NCBI GenBank assembly: GCA_050084985.1
Contig: JBITNC010000001.1
Coordinates: 126,356,001 to 126,420,000 of the forward strand
Source of the DNA: Nageia nagi
Taxonomy: Eukaryota > Plantae > Pinophyta
Direction: 5' to 3'
Length of the DNA stretch: 64,000 nucleotides
A model generated the notes under the pieces. That model ran no database searches. It was not told the origin of the DNA and saw only the letters and a list, made by a program, of their open reading frames with translations. This document shows, piece by piece, positions 24,761 through 39,011 of this stretch; within the stretch, counting starts at the first letter, position 1; every line of letters starts with the position of its first letter. A program made the translations under genes and the position numbers.

Positions 24761-27029
24761 ACTTTGAATAACTTATAAAGTATTTTACAATTATAAATGT
24801 AAAACCTTTGCAAAAAGGTTGTGGTGGAGTAAGCATGTAGACTTACTAGCAAGCACGTAGTCTTACTAAATAATTTACAAATTTTCACATTTTGAAAAAT
24901 TTAAAATTTAAAATCAGGTAGAAAACCAATAACTTTAAACAATTTTATAACTTTTGTAATTTTGCACAATTTTTGAGGAAAATTTTTTAAATTTTTTGCT
25001 TTTTTTTGAAATAAAAAATTCAAGAAAATTTGAACAATCAGGTGGTTTTATCCCCCTTGAATGATGTTAACTTGATTAAACTGATCAATTTAAAATCAAA
25101 AGAAAAAGAAAAAAGTGTATGCAATGTTTATGATGTTTTTGCATTTTTAACGTATTTCTCTTTTTTTGCCTCAATTTAAATTTGCAAATACAATACAAGG
25201 TGAAAAAATACAATTTTAGAATAAATTTGCATCAAGTTGGGCCCTCCCATAGGCTAAAAAGTCAAACTTGGATGTGAAATAGTCAAACAAGGGAAAATAA
25301 GTAAGTAAATTACCATTTCTTTACCTCATTTTGTTACATGTGCATAGTGACTTTTGGTGGCAAGTGAGTAGGTGAAAGAGATGGCAAAGAATGAGGTATC
25401 TCCAACTATATAGCCATTGGTGATCCATGCCCTGGATGCTAGGTAGACTAAGAAATGCATTTTTTTCATTTTTATACAATTTTTAGAAAATTTTAATGCT
25501 TTTTAGTTAAAAAATAGTGTAGAATCATGAAATTTGCTTATAAAAAATCCCACTTACCCCAATTTGGCTATGTAAATAGTTAAATTGAATAACTAAATGA
25601 TAGAAAATAATCATATAGATTAGAATTAGTTGAAACAAACTAATTTAAAAAATATTTGCATTTACAAAAACACCAAAAAAAAAGAGTTTTTTATGTGTCT
25701 TTGCTCGTTATGCATAAATGGTGGGTCAAATCCAAAATCCATTGGATACCCATCTAGTTTTTTAGCGTGCACAACCTTTCTACAGAATTAAAATCTCAAA
25801 AAATTGATCGATGCTTTTTTATAAAAAATGATATTTTCCCCAAAAAAACATAAAATAAGGGTTTTGGAATTTAAATTTTGTAAATATTTTCAAAGTTGGG
25901 TATTTAATCACAAAACAAATAAGAACCCACCTAATTATTTGACCCCAATCAGGTAGCCATAGACTTCGTTTCATAAAAAATAGATCAAAAATGAGAATTT
26001 TAGGCCAAAAATGCACTCTAGGAGGGTAGATGCAATGCCAAAATGAGGCACAGGCTAGACATAGTGAATCTAGGACTAGACACATTGCATCTTGCCTGTG
26101 ACCTAATTTTCCCTATTTTTCTTAGTTTTTGAAATTTGGATCTCTAATTTGTGTGTTTGAGCACTACTGAATGGTTTTTTTCTAGATTTTAATGCTCTAT
26201 GAACTAATTTAAACCTCTTTTCACACAATTTCATTGAATTTTTCAAGTTGAATCAATTTTTGGTTCAAAAAATAAGATTTTGATAATTTTTATACAAAAA
26301 GTTCAAGTTGGCTATTATAACTTCTAAAATTTATTGGTTGGTGTCATAAGACATTGAAAATTGATTTAAACATGGAAGATACATATTTTCTTGCTAAAAT
26401 GACATTTTTTGCAAAATCTCATACTTTGTCATTGTTGGTTGCAAAAATAAGCTCGTGCTAAATTTTGCATACTTGTTGCACTTTTTCATATTGAATATTG
26501 TAAACTTTGTATATTCATGAGGTAGATGTATCTTCCAATATCTTAGTATAGTTTTCTCTAAGCCAACAATTAGTTGACATGTTTTTTGTAACTTTTTGAA
26601 TCATACCTCATGTACATTGTTGAAAAATTCATAATCTTCACTATGTAAGAAAGTATTTTTTGAATGCAATGTTAATATTTTCTAGTATCATAATGCTAGG
26701 CATAAGCTATCCTAGTGTGAAGTGGGATGTACTTGGCATACATGAACTATGATTTAATGTAAGAGTACTTTAAGATAACAAAATTGGTATAGGCAGCATA
26801 TAGATGTGATAATAACTTTTTGCACAAAAAAGATGACATCATGATGGAGGAAAACAACATTTTGAAACACTTTGACAAATGCAACTTTGATTTTCTATTA
26901 TATAGACTAGGTGGTACAAATGGTAATAAGACTAACTTGGTTTGTTGTTTTTTTGTAGATGCATGATACTTTATTCATGAGAAATAGATATAGACTCCTA
27001 TTCTTATCGCTTCAACATGAGTTGCCAAC

Positions 27030-28600
27030 CACAACGTGGATGTGGTTGCATAGTGTTGGACTAGGGTATACTAGCATGATACACAAGGTGATGGTTAGCA
27101 CTAAATGCATGATAAAACTATGTGAGTGATGAAGTTCTTCTACCATCACATTTCATCTACCAATTAAGGAGTGCACCATGACTCTTGAGGACATCTAGAT
27201 TATACTAAGGCTACCAATGGAGGGTAGACCTATGATCAAATTGCTTGAAGAGGTGTGCAAGTATCCAACAACAATTCAAATCATCTACCACCAATATCAT
27301 AGGTTGAAGTGGGATAGCAAAGGTTTCTACTATCAGCATGCTTATGGGCATGGCCTCATAGATAGATTGACATGCTTTGTGATTATGGTCATCATATTTT
27401 TTGCTCTACCAGATATTTTTGTGTCCAGATTCCCATGGAAGCTCTACCAAGTTTTGAAGTAGATGAGGGAGGATAGATGGGTGTTCCCATGGGGACCAAC
27501 ATTTATATCCTAGCTATACCATGAGCTCAAAGATATGGATACAAGGGTCTATATAGGGATATTTTACTCCTTATTTCTATAGGTATGGGGATTAGAGCAC
27601 ATAGCAATGGCATAACCCTTAGGTATACCATATGATGTTCATGCTCATGATGCTTTATCTTTTAAGGAGCCTAGTATAGAGTACCCATATATGATGAGAA
27701 GGGAATACAAGCATAAGAATAGGTCCAAAGGTGCACACAATGGCCAAGTGGCTTACTTCAAGGATATCTTTAGGAGACTACAGTGTGAGCATATGATTTG
27801 GAGATCCTAAAGGGATGGATTGATATGGGATGAGGATAGGTTTTAGATGGCTCACACTAGATAAGCAGGATGGTTATACACTCAACAATATTAGATAGAG
27901 TACTTCAAGTAAGCTCAAATACTTCAATGGCATCAATAAATTCAATATATTCCACCTGAGCCTATGGTATACAATAGGTCAAACGGTAGAGATGGGAGTC
28001 CCTATATCTAGTACCAAGATACCTATACTAAACCATATAATTATGGGGAGGAGGTTAGACATCAAGATGACATAGGCTACATAAAGGCATATATTATTTA
28101 GTTTATGGTGCAACATCCACTATTATGATTCATAAAGCATGAAGATGAGAAGGTCGCATAGACACAAATGTGGAGCAAACATGATAGAGAGAGATAGAGG
28201 TCCCCTTAAGGTGATATAGGAGGTAATGCAGGTGCTGCATACCCAAGTATGACATTAGCTGAGAAGAAAATAGTTGACTTAGAGCATCAGCTAGAAGAGT
28301 GGAACTAACAACTAGTAGAGTGAGATTGACAACTAGAATAAAGAGAGCATCACCTATATTAGAGTAGGAAGCATGAATAGCATAAATCTTCATCAATGGG
28401 TGTAGGGAATAGAGTAGCATATGATAGAGCATGGATAGGGGCTAGAGACTAGGTCATAAAATAGCACTGAGCCCATAAAAGAGGTGGTTATATGATAGGC
28501 CATAGCTAGTATAGAGTATCAACTTGATTACCTACATAGATAGATTTGAATATATGAAGTTGAGTTCATATTGAGGACTATTCCATTGCCAAACATTTGA
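27030..28600 (+). pseudogene. plant mobile domain (PMD, aminotransferase-like) ORF relic of a transposon
   Basis: TFHLPIKECTMTLEDI*IILRLPMEG and FPWGPTFIS*LYHEL match PMD motifs. Charged C-terminal stretch, many stops. Confidence 0.8.
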
Positions 28601-28938
28601 GTGAGATCACATAGTAGGACTCATAGGACCTAGGGTACACATGGGGGATCTAAGAGTACACATGAAGTGAGCTCATTGCACATGACCTCTCCTCCACATG
28701 ATAGGATCAAATACATAAATGTCAGCATGCCAAATATATCCTAGTATATGGCAAGACCACATGAGAGATATTCTTCCTCTTACAGATAGATTTAATGATG
28801 GACATGCACATACTTTTTGCTAGACATAGTACATAGTGTAGACCTAGACATATGAGATGAGTTCCTATCGCTAGATGACAAGTTTGTACTTAGAACACTT
28901 TAAATTTTTCTTATGTATATTGATGATGGCTTACACTA

Positions 28939-30047
28939 GGATTGGTACAAGAAGTTGGGTTCACTTTAAGGTCAAAAAGTGGAAGTGTTTTCCTTGATTT
29001 TCAATTTTGGGTATGATTAATCTCAAAAATTGAAGCACTTAGACATGGACTCATGAAAAAGGTCACTTAGGTGAAAATGTAGCACTCAAAGTATAGTTTT
29101 CAATTATATATATTTTTTCTAATATCTAGATCATAAAATTTAAAATTTGATAGGATGAACAAAAACTACTTCTTAAAAATATTATGTTTAGACCATACCA
29201 TGCATGTGTCTATCCACCATAATTTGACTAAAATCAAGGTATTTTTTAAAACCCTTTTAGGAAAAGATAGCTAATATATTGGAGCTTATCTTGGATATTT
29301 TTCCATAATTTTTAAATCAATTTTTTTTTATTAATTTTGTACTAGGCATGTTCATGGTTTCAAAAAATGCTCATGTCCATCTACCATAATTTGATCTAAA
29401 CTTAATCTTTATTCAATTTTTTTTATTCTTATAAAGAATTATATGAAGATTTTCCCTATATAATTTATTTTTCATAACTCTCCCAAAAACAAATTATTAA
29501 AAAAATATGATACCTTCATATTTCAAGCATATGTACCACATTTACTAAAAAATATAAAATCTTATACAATTGTAAAATAAATTACATATTTGAAATCTAC
29601 AATATTTAATCTATAATGGGTTTTCATTTCATAAAAAAATCTATCAAAAACTCTATCAAATGTATTCATGAAGTTGAGATTTTCCATTAAACTTGCCATG
29701 AACATATACTTCCAGGTCCAAGGCTAAGTGTTGGTTCACCAAACCAAGTTTTCAAGCCTAAATAAGAGGTTAAATTGTAGATTCAAATATCAAGATCTCA
29801 ATGTTAGTGAATTAAAAATGAGAACCTGATTTAGGTTTGAGATCCTAAATTATCAAGATCCTAATATTTGTACTTATTTTTACTTTAAATATCAGGATCT
29901 TGATATTTATTGGGAACCCAAACCTAAATCAAGATCTCAATTTTAATTTTATTAAAATCACGATCCTAATTTTTTTGAATTTAAGTTTTTAATTAGTAGA
30001 TTTTCCCCACTTCCCCTTGAAGTGGACCCAACTTCTTGCTTTCACCC
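28939..30047 (+). mobile_element. non-autonomous TIR DNA transposon, copy 3 (longest)
   Basis: Full-length homology to 2099-3161 with both TIRs. Flanks acta/acca. Confidence 0.92.
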
Positions 30048-30225
30048 ACCACTTTTTATGGATACAAATGATTCTTTGTTTATATGAGGTGACCCAAAAA
30101 CTATGATGGATGTATTTATGCATGTTGCTTGTTATTTCAATGGTTATGGTATACGATGGTTCAATTTCATGCATGTATTTATTATTTTGTACATAATATG
30201 GTTATGATGGATTCATTTTATGGGT

Positions 30226-31858
30226 AACTTGGCAATGTAATTTAATGCCCCAAAATACCATGCACTCCCACAAAGATCAAGGATGGATGTGCAATGATTC
30301 ATCTCAAGAATAATGTAATCAAATCATTAAGGTTGTTAAGATATTTACAACATTATTCTCTAAACTTGCATAGGGTAATAGAGCACATGCATAGGTTATG
30401 ACATCTAGTTTGGATCACTAGCAGTCCACTAAATCAAGGAGTTTAACAACATATTTGTAGTAGCCATAATCAATATATCCTCCAATCATTGTAGTTTTAT
30501 AAATCATGTTTACATCATGCATCTTATCAAATATATCATGTATCCTCTATGTATATTTATATTCTACGTACATGGCTCTTAGGCTCTCACCTACATAGCA
30601 TTTGATGCAAACTAATTTAAAAGACCCTTTGATCTATGCCCATACTCTATTATTTGTTGCCTGATTGGTACATCTACACACCCAATTCATCTTTTATGGA
30701 CATATTTGCATATAAGATCCAAGCATTCTATAGGTATCTTGCATAGCTAATAAGCTAACATTACATGTAATAAAAGTCCCTCTTGCTATTAAAGTATTTA
30801 TAGTCCTCATCTACTAGGCTTGTATAACTATGTGCATGTTTGAATGCATATAAAAGATAATTTGGTAGGATTATTTCCTTATGATTCATTAACTGAATAT
30901 TTTAAGGGCATATTTAGCACCCATAGATGATAACTTCACTAACATAAAAATAAAATAATCAAGCCAAAAAGAGACTTTACTCAAATTTAACTAACTCTAA
31001 GACAAGTGTTTCATCCTGATACAAAAAATTAGGCTAAAGGGAGAGATAGTGAGAGAAGACACAATCACCATGCTACTATCAAAGTTCTCCCACTTAAATC
31101 ATAGAATAGGCACATGTTCTACAAGGTGTCATATTTAGTTATGAGAGAATAATCAATTAGATAGATGTTGAATAACTAGAAATCAAAATTGGTGTTAAAA
31201 CCCTTTAAAATGCCATTGTTTTTCATATCCTATGAGTATTCTAGTCCCAAATTTTACATTGGTATAGTACATCCTATTAGAAAATTTACATATCTTCTCT
31301 ATGCTTCTACATTTACATGTATGGGGATCATGGTACTCACAAACCTAATGTTCAATGCAAAACCATGCAATTTTGAAATTTTTAACTACAATTAGATGGA
31401 TTTTATACCTTCTTCTATAACTCACATTGATGTATGCTATGAAATCTAGAAAGGTTACCCCCTCCTTGGCTTTTACCCTTGACCCTTGTATTTACCTAAA
31501 ATTACCAAGTCCTTTCCATCAAACCCCTCATGCATGTACTAGAGAGAGCTATAAGAAAACAAATATGAAGTTTATTTATTTATTTATTTTTACCCCCCCA
31601 CTCCTTTTTTCCATTTGCATTTCTCTCATCCAAGCTCTCACCCTAATCCACTTCATCACATGCACATTAGAACCCCATTTTCCACTCAATTATGGTTGTT
31701 ATGGAACAAAAATTCATGCCTTACAATACTCTATAATTGCCCCATCAATCCTTTTATCATGAAAAGTACCACTACTACTTATCTAGTGATGTTTAGAGGG
31801 ATTAAAAAGAAAATTTTTTGTTTAACATAAAATTTATCCTTCTCAACAATATTTAATC
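30226..31858 (-). pseudogene. PLS-class PPR pseudogene, copy A (with flank)
   Basis: Minus IFDKMHDVN..TMIGGY, HCTSILDLCGSAWYF..ALNYIAKLP. Colinear with 49187-50518 and 54781-55193. Confidence 0.75.
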
Positions 31859-32569
31859 TCTAAATTTAAGTATTCAAATATTTTATTAATTTTGAGAGAT
31901 AAATTAATATTAAATCTTACTAATCTAAATACCTCAATATGAAAATGGTATGAAATCATTATTATTTAAATGCTATATTTAAATAAAACTCCATAGGTAT
32001 GCACATACTCAATAGATATCAATATTAACTAAAGTAATTTTGAAGATATTACAGACCAAATTATACATTTGTACACAAACTCTTGGATATATTTAGTTTT
32101 TAATCATCCATAAGGTTAAATTATCAAGGGGTTTAGAAATTGGTCCATGAAAAATTCCACCTTTATGATTAATCATAGACTTCCTCTATGTTGTTACCTA
32201 GCAAGATAAGTTGTGACCTAGCAAGATAAGTCAAACTAAACTTCACACAATAACATAGAAATTTGACTTCCAAACATGCTTCTACCTTACTCATATCATT
32301 CAAAAAGGTAATCCTTAAGCATAATTCCAATTATTCTAGTTTTTTCTTCATAAAAAGGGATCACAACTTTTGTGTTATAACTCTTAACTTTCATCCAAAA
32401 CTTGGGTTTATTAAAGAGAAAATGATAAGTTAAGAAGATAATTTCTTTATTTTCTTTTAATTTCCTAGGTTTTCAAGGTTTTCTTACTTGATATGTTATA
32501 TACCCTAAAATTAGGTTTAAAATTATTCTAATCCATAATTACCAAATATTTATTCATTTTTGAATAAGT

Positions 32570-34585
32570 TGTTGACCATATGCTTGTGTTCATGATTATA
32601 ATTATTGTCAAAGGTTATCAAAGATGTGCATATATAGGTCACAATGCCAAAATATCAAAGATAAGTCTTCATATAAAGCTGCCAAATATTGGAACATCTT
32701 ATGAAGACAACCACATACTTATGCAGTTAAAGGATACATTATGTAAATAGCCACATGCTTATGCAATCAAAGGATGCCTTATATGGTGAGGAACATGCTT
32801 ATGCAAAGTAACAAACCCTTATGCATAGGTTTAGATGGCCTATCTTGAGGATCAAACCCTTATGTAGAACATTAAATCTCTTATGCAGAGAATTATTGCT
32901 TTATAAGGACAAGTTATAGGCTATGTAGTGGAAAACAAGTTTATATGGTAAAAACATGACTTGTGTAGAGTAGAAAGTTCTTAGGCGATCAACTCAAAGC
33001 TTATGTAGTCAAAACATGACTTGTATAGAGAAGCAAATTCTTATGTGATCAAATCAAGGCTTATGTGCTCAAAACATGGCTTGTGTGATCAATATAAGGG
33101 TTATGTAGTTAGATACAATGTTATAAAAAATAGATGAAAGCCTATGCGAAAGTTTATGCTAGTCCTTGTGCACTAGTCTATGTTCTTATACAGCTAGAAC
33201 AAGCTTGTGCAGAGACCAAAATCCTTATGCAAAGGTAATAAATGTTGTGCATAGCTTACATTCCTTATATAATGAAGATAAACTATATACGATAATGCAA
33301 AGGATCATGTGAAGATATTATGCGATAAAGAAAAGACTTATGTAGAGATGTTATGCGATGATGAAAGATCTTGTCCAAGAATTAAATTCCTTATATGGAT
33401 AATTTGTTATGCAGAGGTCCAATGGTTTGAAGTGAAAAGTCTTATGCAAAGAAGAATGTCCTTAGATGGATGATGAACACCTTCTGTGATGATAAAGGGT
33501 TTTATGTAGAATCTAATAGAGTTATGTAGAGAAGAATGTTCTTATGTGTACAGTGTAAATCTTATGCAGTATGATGCTAGTGGTCATGCATGAGGATTGA
33601 TTTGTTAGTATAAGTAAAGTTTAAGTACCCACCATGCATTTAATTGATTGTGATGATCAATCTTAATATGAACCTCATGGAGAGAGTGTTAGTACTAAAA
33701 TTGGAAGCCCTACTGCTTGTAACTATTAGAATTAATGCAAATCAAAGTGGAGTAGTAGTCATGGAGTGGGTTCTTCATGTCAAGTAGGCATGGAACTATA
33801 GAAATAGTTAATGCAATACTTATTCAATCCTAGCACATAAATCTAAGCATGACTATAACTATCGGTAATGGATATCAAGGGTCTATATGCATATTGAGTC
33901 TTCTAGTGATCATAGTTGTGATGATCAATGCTAGGTTTAATGTTTAAAGTGTAGTCATGGATATTGTAACATGGTTGATGATATGATCAATTATTGAATA
34001 TATTATGAGTTTTTGAAGGTAAGGGAGTCATGTTATATGAAAATATCAAAATAGAGTTGATGACTATCGAGAGATGAAGAGTTTGATATTTTTCCTTAAT
34101 ATGTCACTATTTATACAAACAATATTAGACTAGCAATGAAGGTAGAAGAATGGCTATGAATAATAATTGTATTTCATCAATAGATAGTTAATATGTGTAT
34201 TTTATTGAACTAGACCATTGAGGGTCTTTGTAACATAGTTGGCAAGTTTTCCAAAACCTTCATCTAAAGATCTACCAAGTTGGTGTTTAGCCAAAGGGGT
34301 TGGTGCTCTTTGTAGTGGGTGCTATAAAATCTTGAGTTGGTACTTCATCCGATGGGTGCTTGTAAACTTTTGCAAAGTTTATCCTTTACTAGTAAGATGG
34401 ATTTAGACCATGATCCAAGAAGCATTTTCCCAAGGATGTAGCCAATATGTTGATCCTAGTTAAATGCTTTGTTATGTGTTGTTCTTATGTTTTTGAGTGT
34501 CTCTCAATTCTACATTTATTTATTAGCCTCAAGTTTTAAGTACACACTAATTTATTCCCCTCTCAGTATCATTTCTAGTCCAACA
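32570..34585 (+). repeat. 5' LTR with ~21-bp degenerate 'cttatg' repeat array (~32690-33570)
   Basis: Homologous to 40894-42177 + 45349-46006. Confidence 0.88.
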
Positions 34586-34649
34586 ATTTGTATTAGATCC
34601 ATGTTCCTTGTTTAAATTCTAATCAACTAAGGAGATCTAAAAAGTGACA

Positions 34650-37600
34650 CAATCTATAATGTAGAAGGATTTTATTTGAACAAAGAACCACTTTTTGATG
34701 GAATAAACTATTTTTTATGGAGAATCCAAATGTAAACTTATCTTAGTTCCTTAATTTATGATATTTGGGAAGTTGTAAATGGATACACAACACCATCCAT
34801 GCCTCCAATATATCCAACAAAAAAGAAGTTATGCAAAAGTGATTCCAAGGTAAAAAATGCTATCATGTATGGTTTGGTTGATAATGAACTGGTAAAAATC
34901 ATAGTTATAAATCAACTAAAGAAATAAAGAAAAAACTAAATAGAATCCATGAAGGTGATGATAATATAAAGGAAGCAAAGCTACAAATTTTTAGAGCTCA
35001 ATTTGAAGGGATAAAGATGAATGATGAAGAACAACTTACAACCTACATGCTCAAAGTGAATGTTGTTGTCAATTCCATCAGAGGTTTGGGTGAAGAGATT
35101 GAAGATAAGATTATTGCAAAAAATATCCTAAGATATTTAATATTGAGATTTGATACCAAAGTCTTAGCCATTGAATAAGTAAAGGATCTAAATTCCTTTA
35201 CCTTAGATGAAATACATGACTCTTTTACTACCTATGAGATGAAGATTGACAAGGCCAAGATCAGTGCTAAAGAAGTTATCTTCAAAGCCACTAAAAGTCC
35301 CAAGTCAAAGATAGATGCAAATGAATATGACAATTCATATATGGAGGAATCAAACTTTATCTGAAAGGTCAAAAGAGGACAAGTAAAATATAAAGTTAAA
35401 CTTCCTTTCAAGTATTTTAGCTATGGTGGAGTTGGCCATTTTGTTATAAAATACCCATACAGAGAAAGCAATGACAATGTTGATAATGCTTGAAAGTATG
35501 GTAATGATTGATATAAAGGAAAGACTAAGCACTTCAAAAGAGAAAAATAAAATAAGAAGAGTTTCATTTCACAAGAAAAGGAGGAATAGTCCAATGATAG
35601 TGATATTTTGGAGGATGATGATAATTAATTATTATTCATGACTTAGGAGGAAAAAAAAAAGGATGTCAAAAATGCTACAAACTTTGAAGATGAGAGTTAA
35701 GAGGCCAAATTTAACTTAGAAAGAGAACTCATATCTTCCCTAGAGGAACTAGACCTTGAAAGGATCAAGAATAAAAATCTTTCTAGTACAAGGCCCTACT
35801 AGTAAAATTGAAGATCTAAGCATTCAACTTGTTGAAGTCAAGGTGACTGGAGAGTCATTACAATTACAGCTAAAAGATAGAATTGATGCATGTCACAATC
35901 TTGAATAATAAATAGTCAATTTGAGAATTGAAACTAAGAAACTCTACATTCAAGTTAAGGGAAGCCACAATTTTTGCAAGAGCTCAAAATGACTAAATGA
36001 GATCCTTATTGCATAAAGATACCTATTGATCAAATTTGGTCTAGGATTTGAGCCAAGAAACACTTCAAAGTTTGCAAATGAAGAAGAAATTATAACTAAT
36101 CACAAACCATATGAAACAAAGCATGAAAAAGAAATACTTACCAACCAACCCACTAATAAGAAAATAGATAATCATGCTGGATATATAATATCTAGTCAGT
36201 GTATGAGAAGGGTTAGAGGAGCTTATGATTCTCAAAATCATACAAGAGTGATGAATAATCTCTATCGAGGTTTCAAAGGTGCTTTTTTTGGATAATGCTA
36301 CAAGTGTAATCATTTTGGCCACAAAATAGTAGATTGTAGGTTTAATATCAAGACAACAAAATTCATACATCAAAATGCATTTTCTAATTTAATGGTCAAT
36401 AGGGTGGAGTGCTACAAGTATCACATTCTTGGGCACATAGCAAAGTTCTATAGAAGTCAATATGCAAACTCTCACCAACTAACCCAACACTATGGAAAGT
36501 AGTCTAGAAGGAACAAAAGTCATATAGATGAAGATGATTATCCCTTGAATAATAATAACACTAAATATAGAACCAATCTCAAGAAAGTCTAGAGAGAAAA
36601 GAGCATCAATATAAATCAATCTTTCATTTTACAAACTTCCTTGAAAGCTCAAAGTGAGATTAAGCCATGGATTTTGGACAATGGTTGTTCCAAACATATG
36701 ACTGGTGAAAAATAAAGCCTTGAGGTCATGCAATAGTATGATGGTGGTTTAGTTAAGTTTGAAAATAATGATGGAGCTAAGATAGTTGAAAAAAGTACAA
36801 CAATATTGGGAGATAGTAATGTCAAGAATAAAGATGTGCTCAATTTATGATAAAGGCAATGATATGATTTTCAAAAAGTATGGTTATGAAATTACAAGAA
36901 TAAGTAGTGGAAAGATAGTTGCTCATGGCATGAGAAAATCCTACAATCTTTATACTCTTATGGAGAATACTAAATATTCTTACATGATGAGCTAAGAGGA
37001 TACAAGCTAGCTTTGGAACAAGAGACTTGGGTACATCAACTTTGACAATCAATAAAAGATTAGTTCAAAAGAATTGAAAATAATCTTGGCTAATTTGAAG
37101 ATAGAGCAGATGAAGGTATATTTATTGGATATTCATCTAAAAGCAATGCCTATATATGCTACAAGAAAAAGATTATAAAAATAGTTGAAAGTGTTGATGT
37201 CAAAGTAGATGAAGGCATAGATTTTTGAACTTGCAATGAATTAAACTATCCCACTTATGAGGAAGAGATCAAAGAAGATAAACATGAAGCACCAAAAGAA
37301 AAGCAACGACGACCAACCACTCCAACAACTTTAGTCAACCAAAAGGTACCTGCCCAGTATATTGAAAGAAACCATCCTAAGGATCAAATATTTGGGGATA
37401 TTAGAACCAATATTTAAACTAGAGGAAGGATTGTACTAGCTCAAGAGCACATAAACTACTTTGTATCTCAAATTGAGCCTAAATTTGTGATAGAGGCATG
37501 CAAAGATGAGTGTTGGGTAAAATCCATGGAAGAGGAACTAGATCATATTGAGAAGAGTTAAATATGGGAGCTTGTATCTTAGTCTATAAGCAAGAATGTC

Positions 37601-39011
37601 ATTGGCACAAAATGGATCTTCAAGAACAAGTTGAATGAATAAGGCAAAGTTATCCAAAATAAGGCAATACTGGTATGTAAAGGTTATGCTCAAATAGAAG
37701 GTATTAATTTTGATGAGACATTTTCTCCAGTAGCTAGACTTGAAACCATTAGAATATTTTTAGCCTTATTTACATACAAAATTTTTAGAATCTTTCAAAT
37801 GGATGTCAAGGTTGCATTTTTGAATGGTGTCTTAGAAGAAGAGGTCTACATAGAATAGCTAGATGGATTCGATTTGGGAAAAGGATCCTAATGTAGTATA
37901 TAAATTGAAGAAAGTCTTATATGGACTGAAATAAGCTTGTAGATCTTGGTATGCCATATTGGAAAAATACCTTTTAGAAGAAGAGTTCAAACAAGGGATA
38001 GTAGGAAACAATCTATTTGTGAAACATGAGATTAGACACTTGATAATCATTGTTGTTTATGTTCATGATATTAGTTTTGGCAGTAGCAAGAATGACTTGT
38101 GTAATGATTTTGCAAACAAGATGAAGAAGGATTTTGAAATGTCTATGATTGGTGAGATCTCTTATTTCTTGGGCCTACAAGTAAATCAACAAGAAAAAGG
38201 GAATTTTGTCTCTCAAGTCAAGTATGTTAAAGAGATTTTGAAGAAATTCAATATGGAGGATAGCAAGCCTATGAGCACTCCAATGAAAATTGGCTACAAA
38301 CTAAGAAAGATGGATACTTCTCCTAGTGTGGATCATATCCTATATACTTCCATGATTCATAACTTGCTCTATTTAAATGCTACAATACCATACATATTGT
38401 AGGTTATTTGCATGGTTTCCAAATTTAAAGTTGATCCAAAAAAGGTACATGTGTTATATGTGAAAAGGATCTTCAGATATATGAAAGGTACCCTAGAGTT
38501 TGACGTATGGTACCCCAAAGGTACAACATTCACATTATTTGATTACTCAAATGCTTATTAGGTCATATGTGTGGATGATAGAAAAAACACTAGTGGTGGA
38601 GCATTTTATCTTGGCCAAAATCTAGTCTCTTGGCATAGTAAGAAATAAGATTGAATATCTTTTTCAATAGTTGAGATAGAGTATATTGCAGTTGTATCTT
38701 GTTGAACACAAGTGTTGTGGATAAAACAACTATTTAAATATCTAGGCATTATCTATGCTAATCCTATTCCTCTATTTTGTGATAATACATCAACCATTAA
38801 CTTGTCCAAAAACCCCATCATGCATTCCAAGACAAAGCATATTGCCATTTAGTATCTGTTCTTGAAGGAAAAAGTTGCTAAAAGAGAAGCCAAGTTGGTG
38901 TTTTTACCTACCTTAGAGCAAGTGGATGACATATTCACCAAGCCATTATCAAAGTTCACTTTTGAGTACCTAAGGACCAAGCTAAGAGTGGTCACTCTTT
39001 CAAATAACTAA
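34650..39011 (+). pseudogene. copia gag-pol relic, integrase catalytic core deleted
   Basis: PLFDGINY..W, CYKCNHFGHKIVDC, WILDNGCSKHMTG, LWNKRLGYINF joined almost directly to DEGIFIGYS. RT VVYVHDI, RNaseH DDRKNTSGG and DIFTKPL. Confidence 0.9.
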
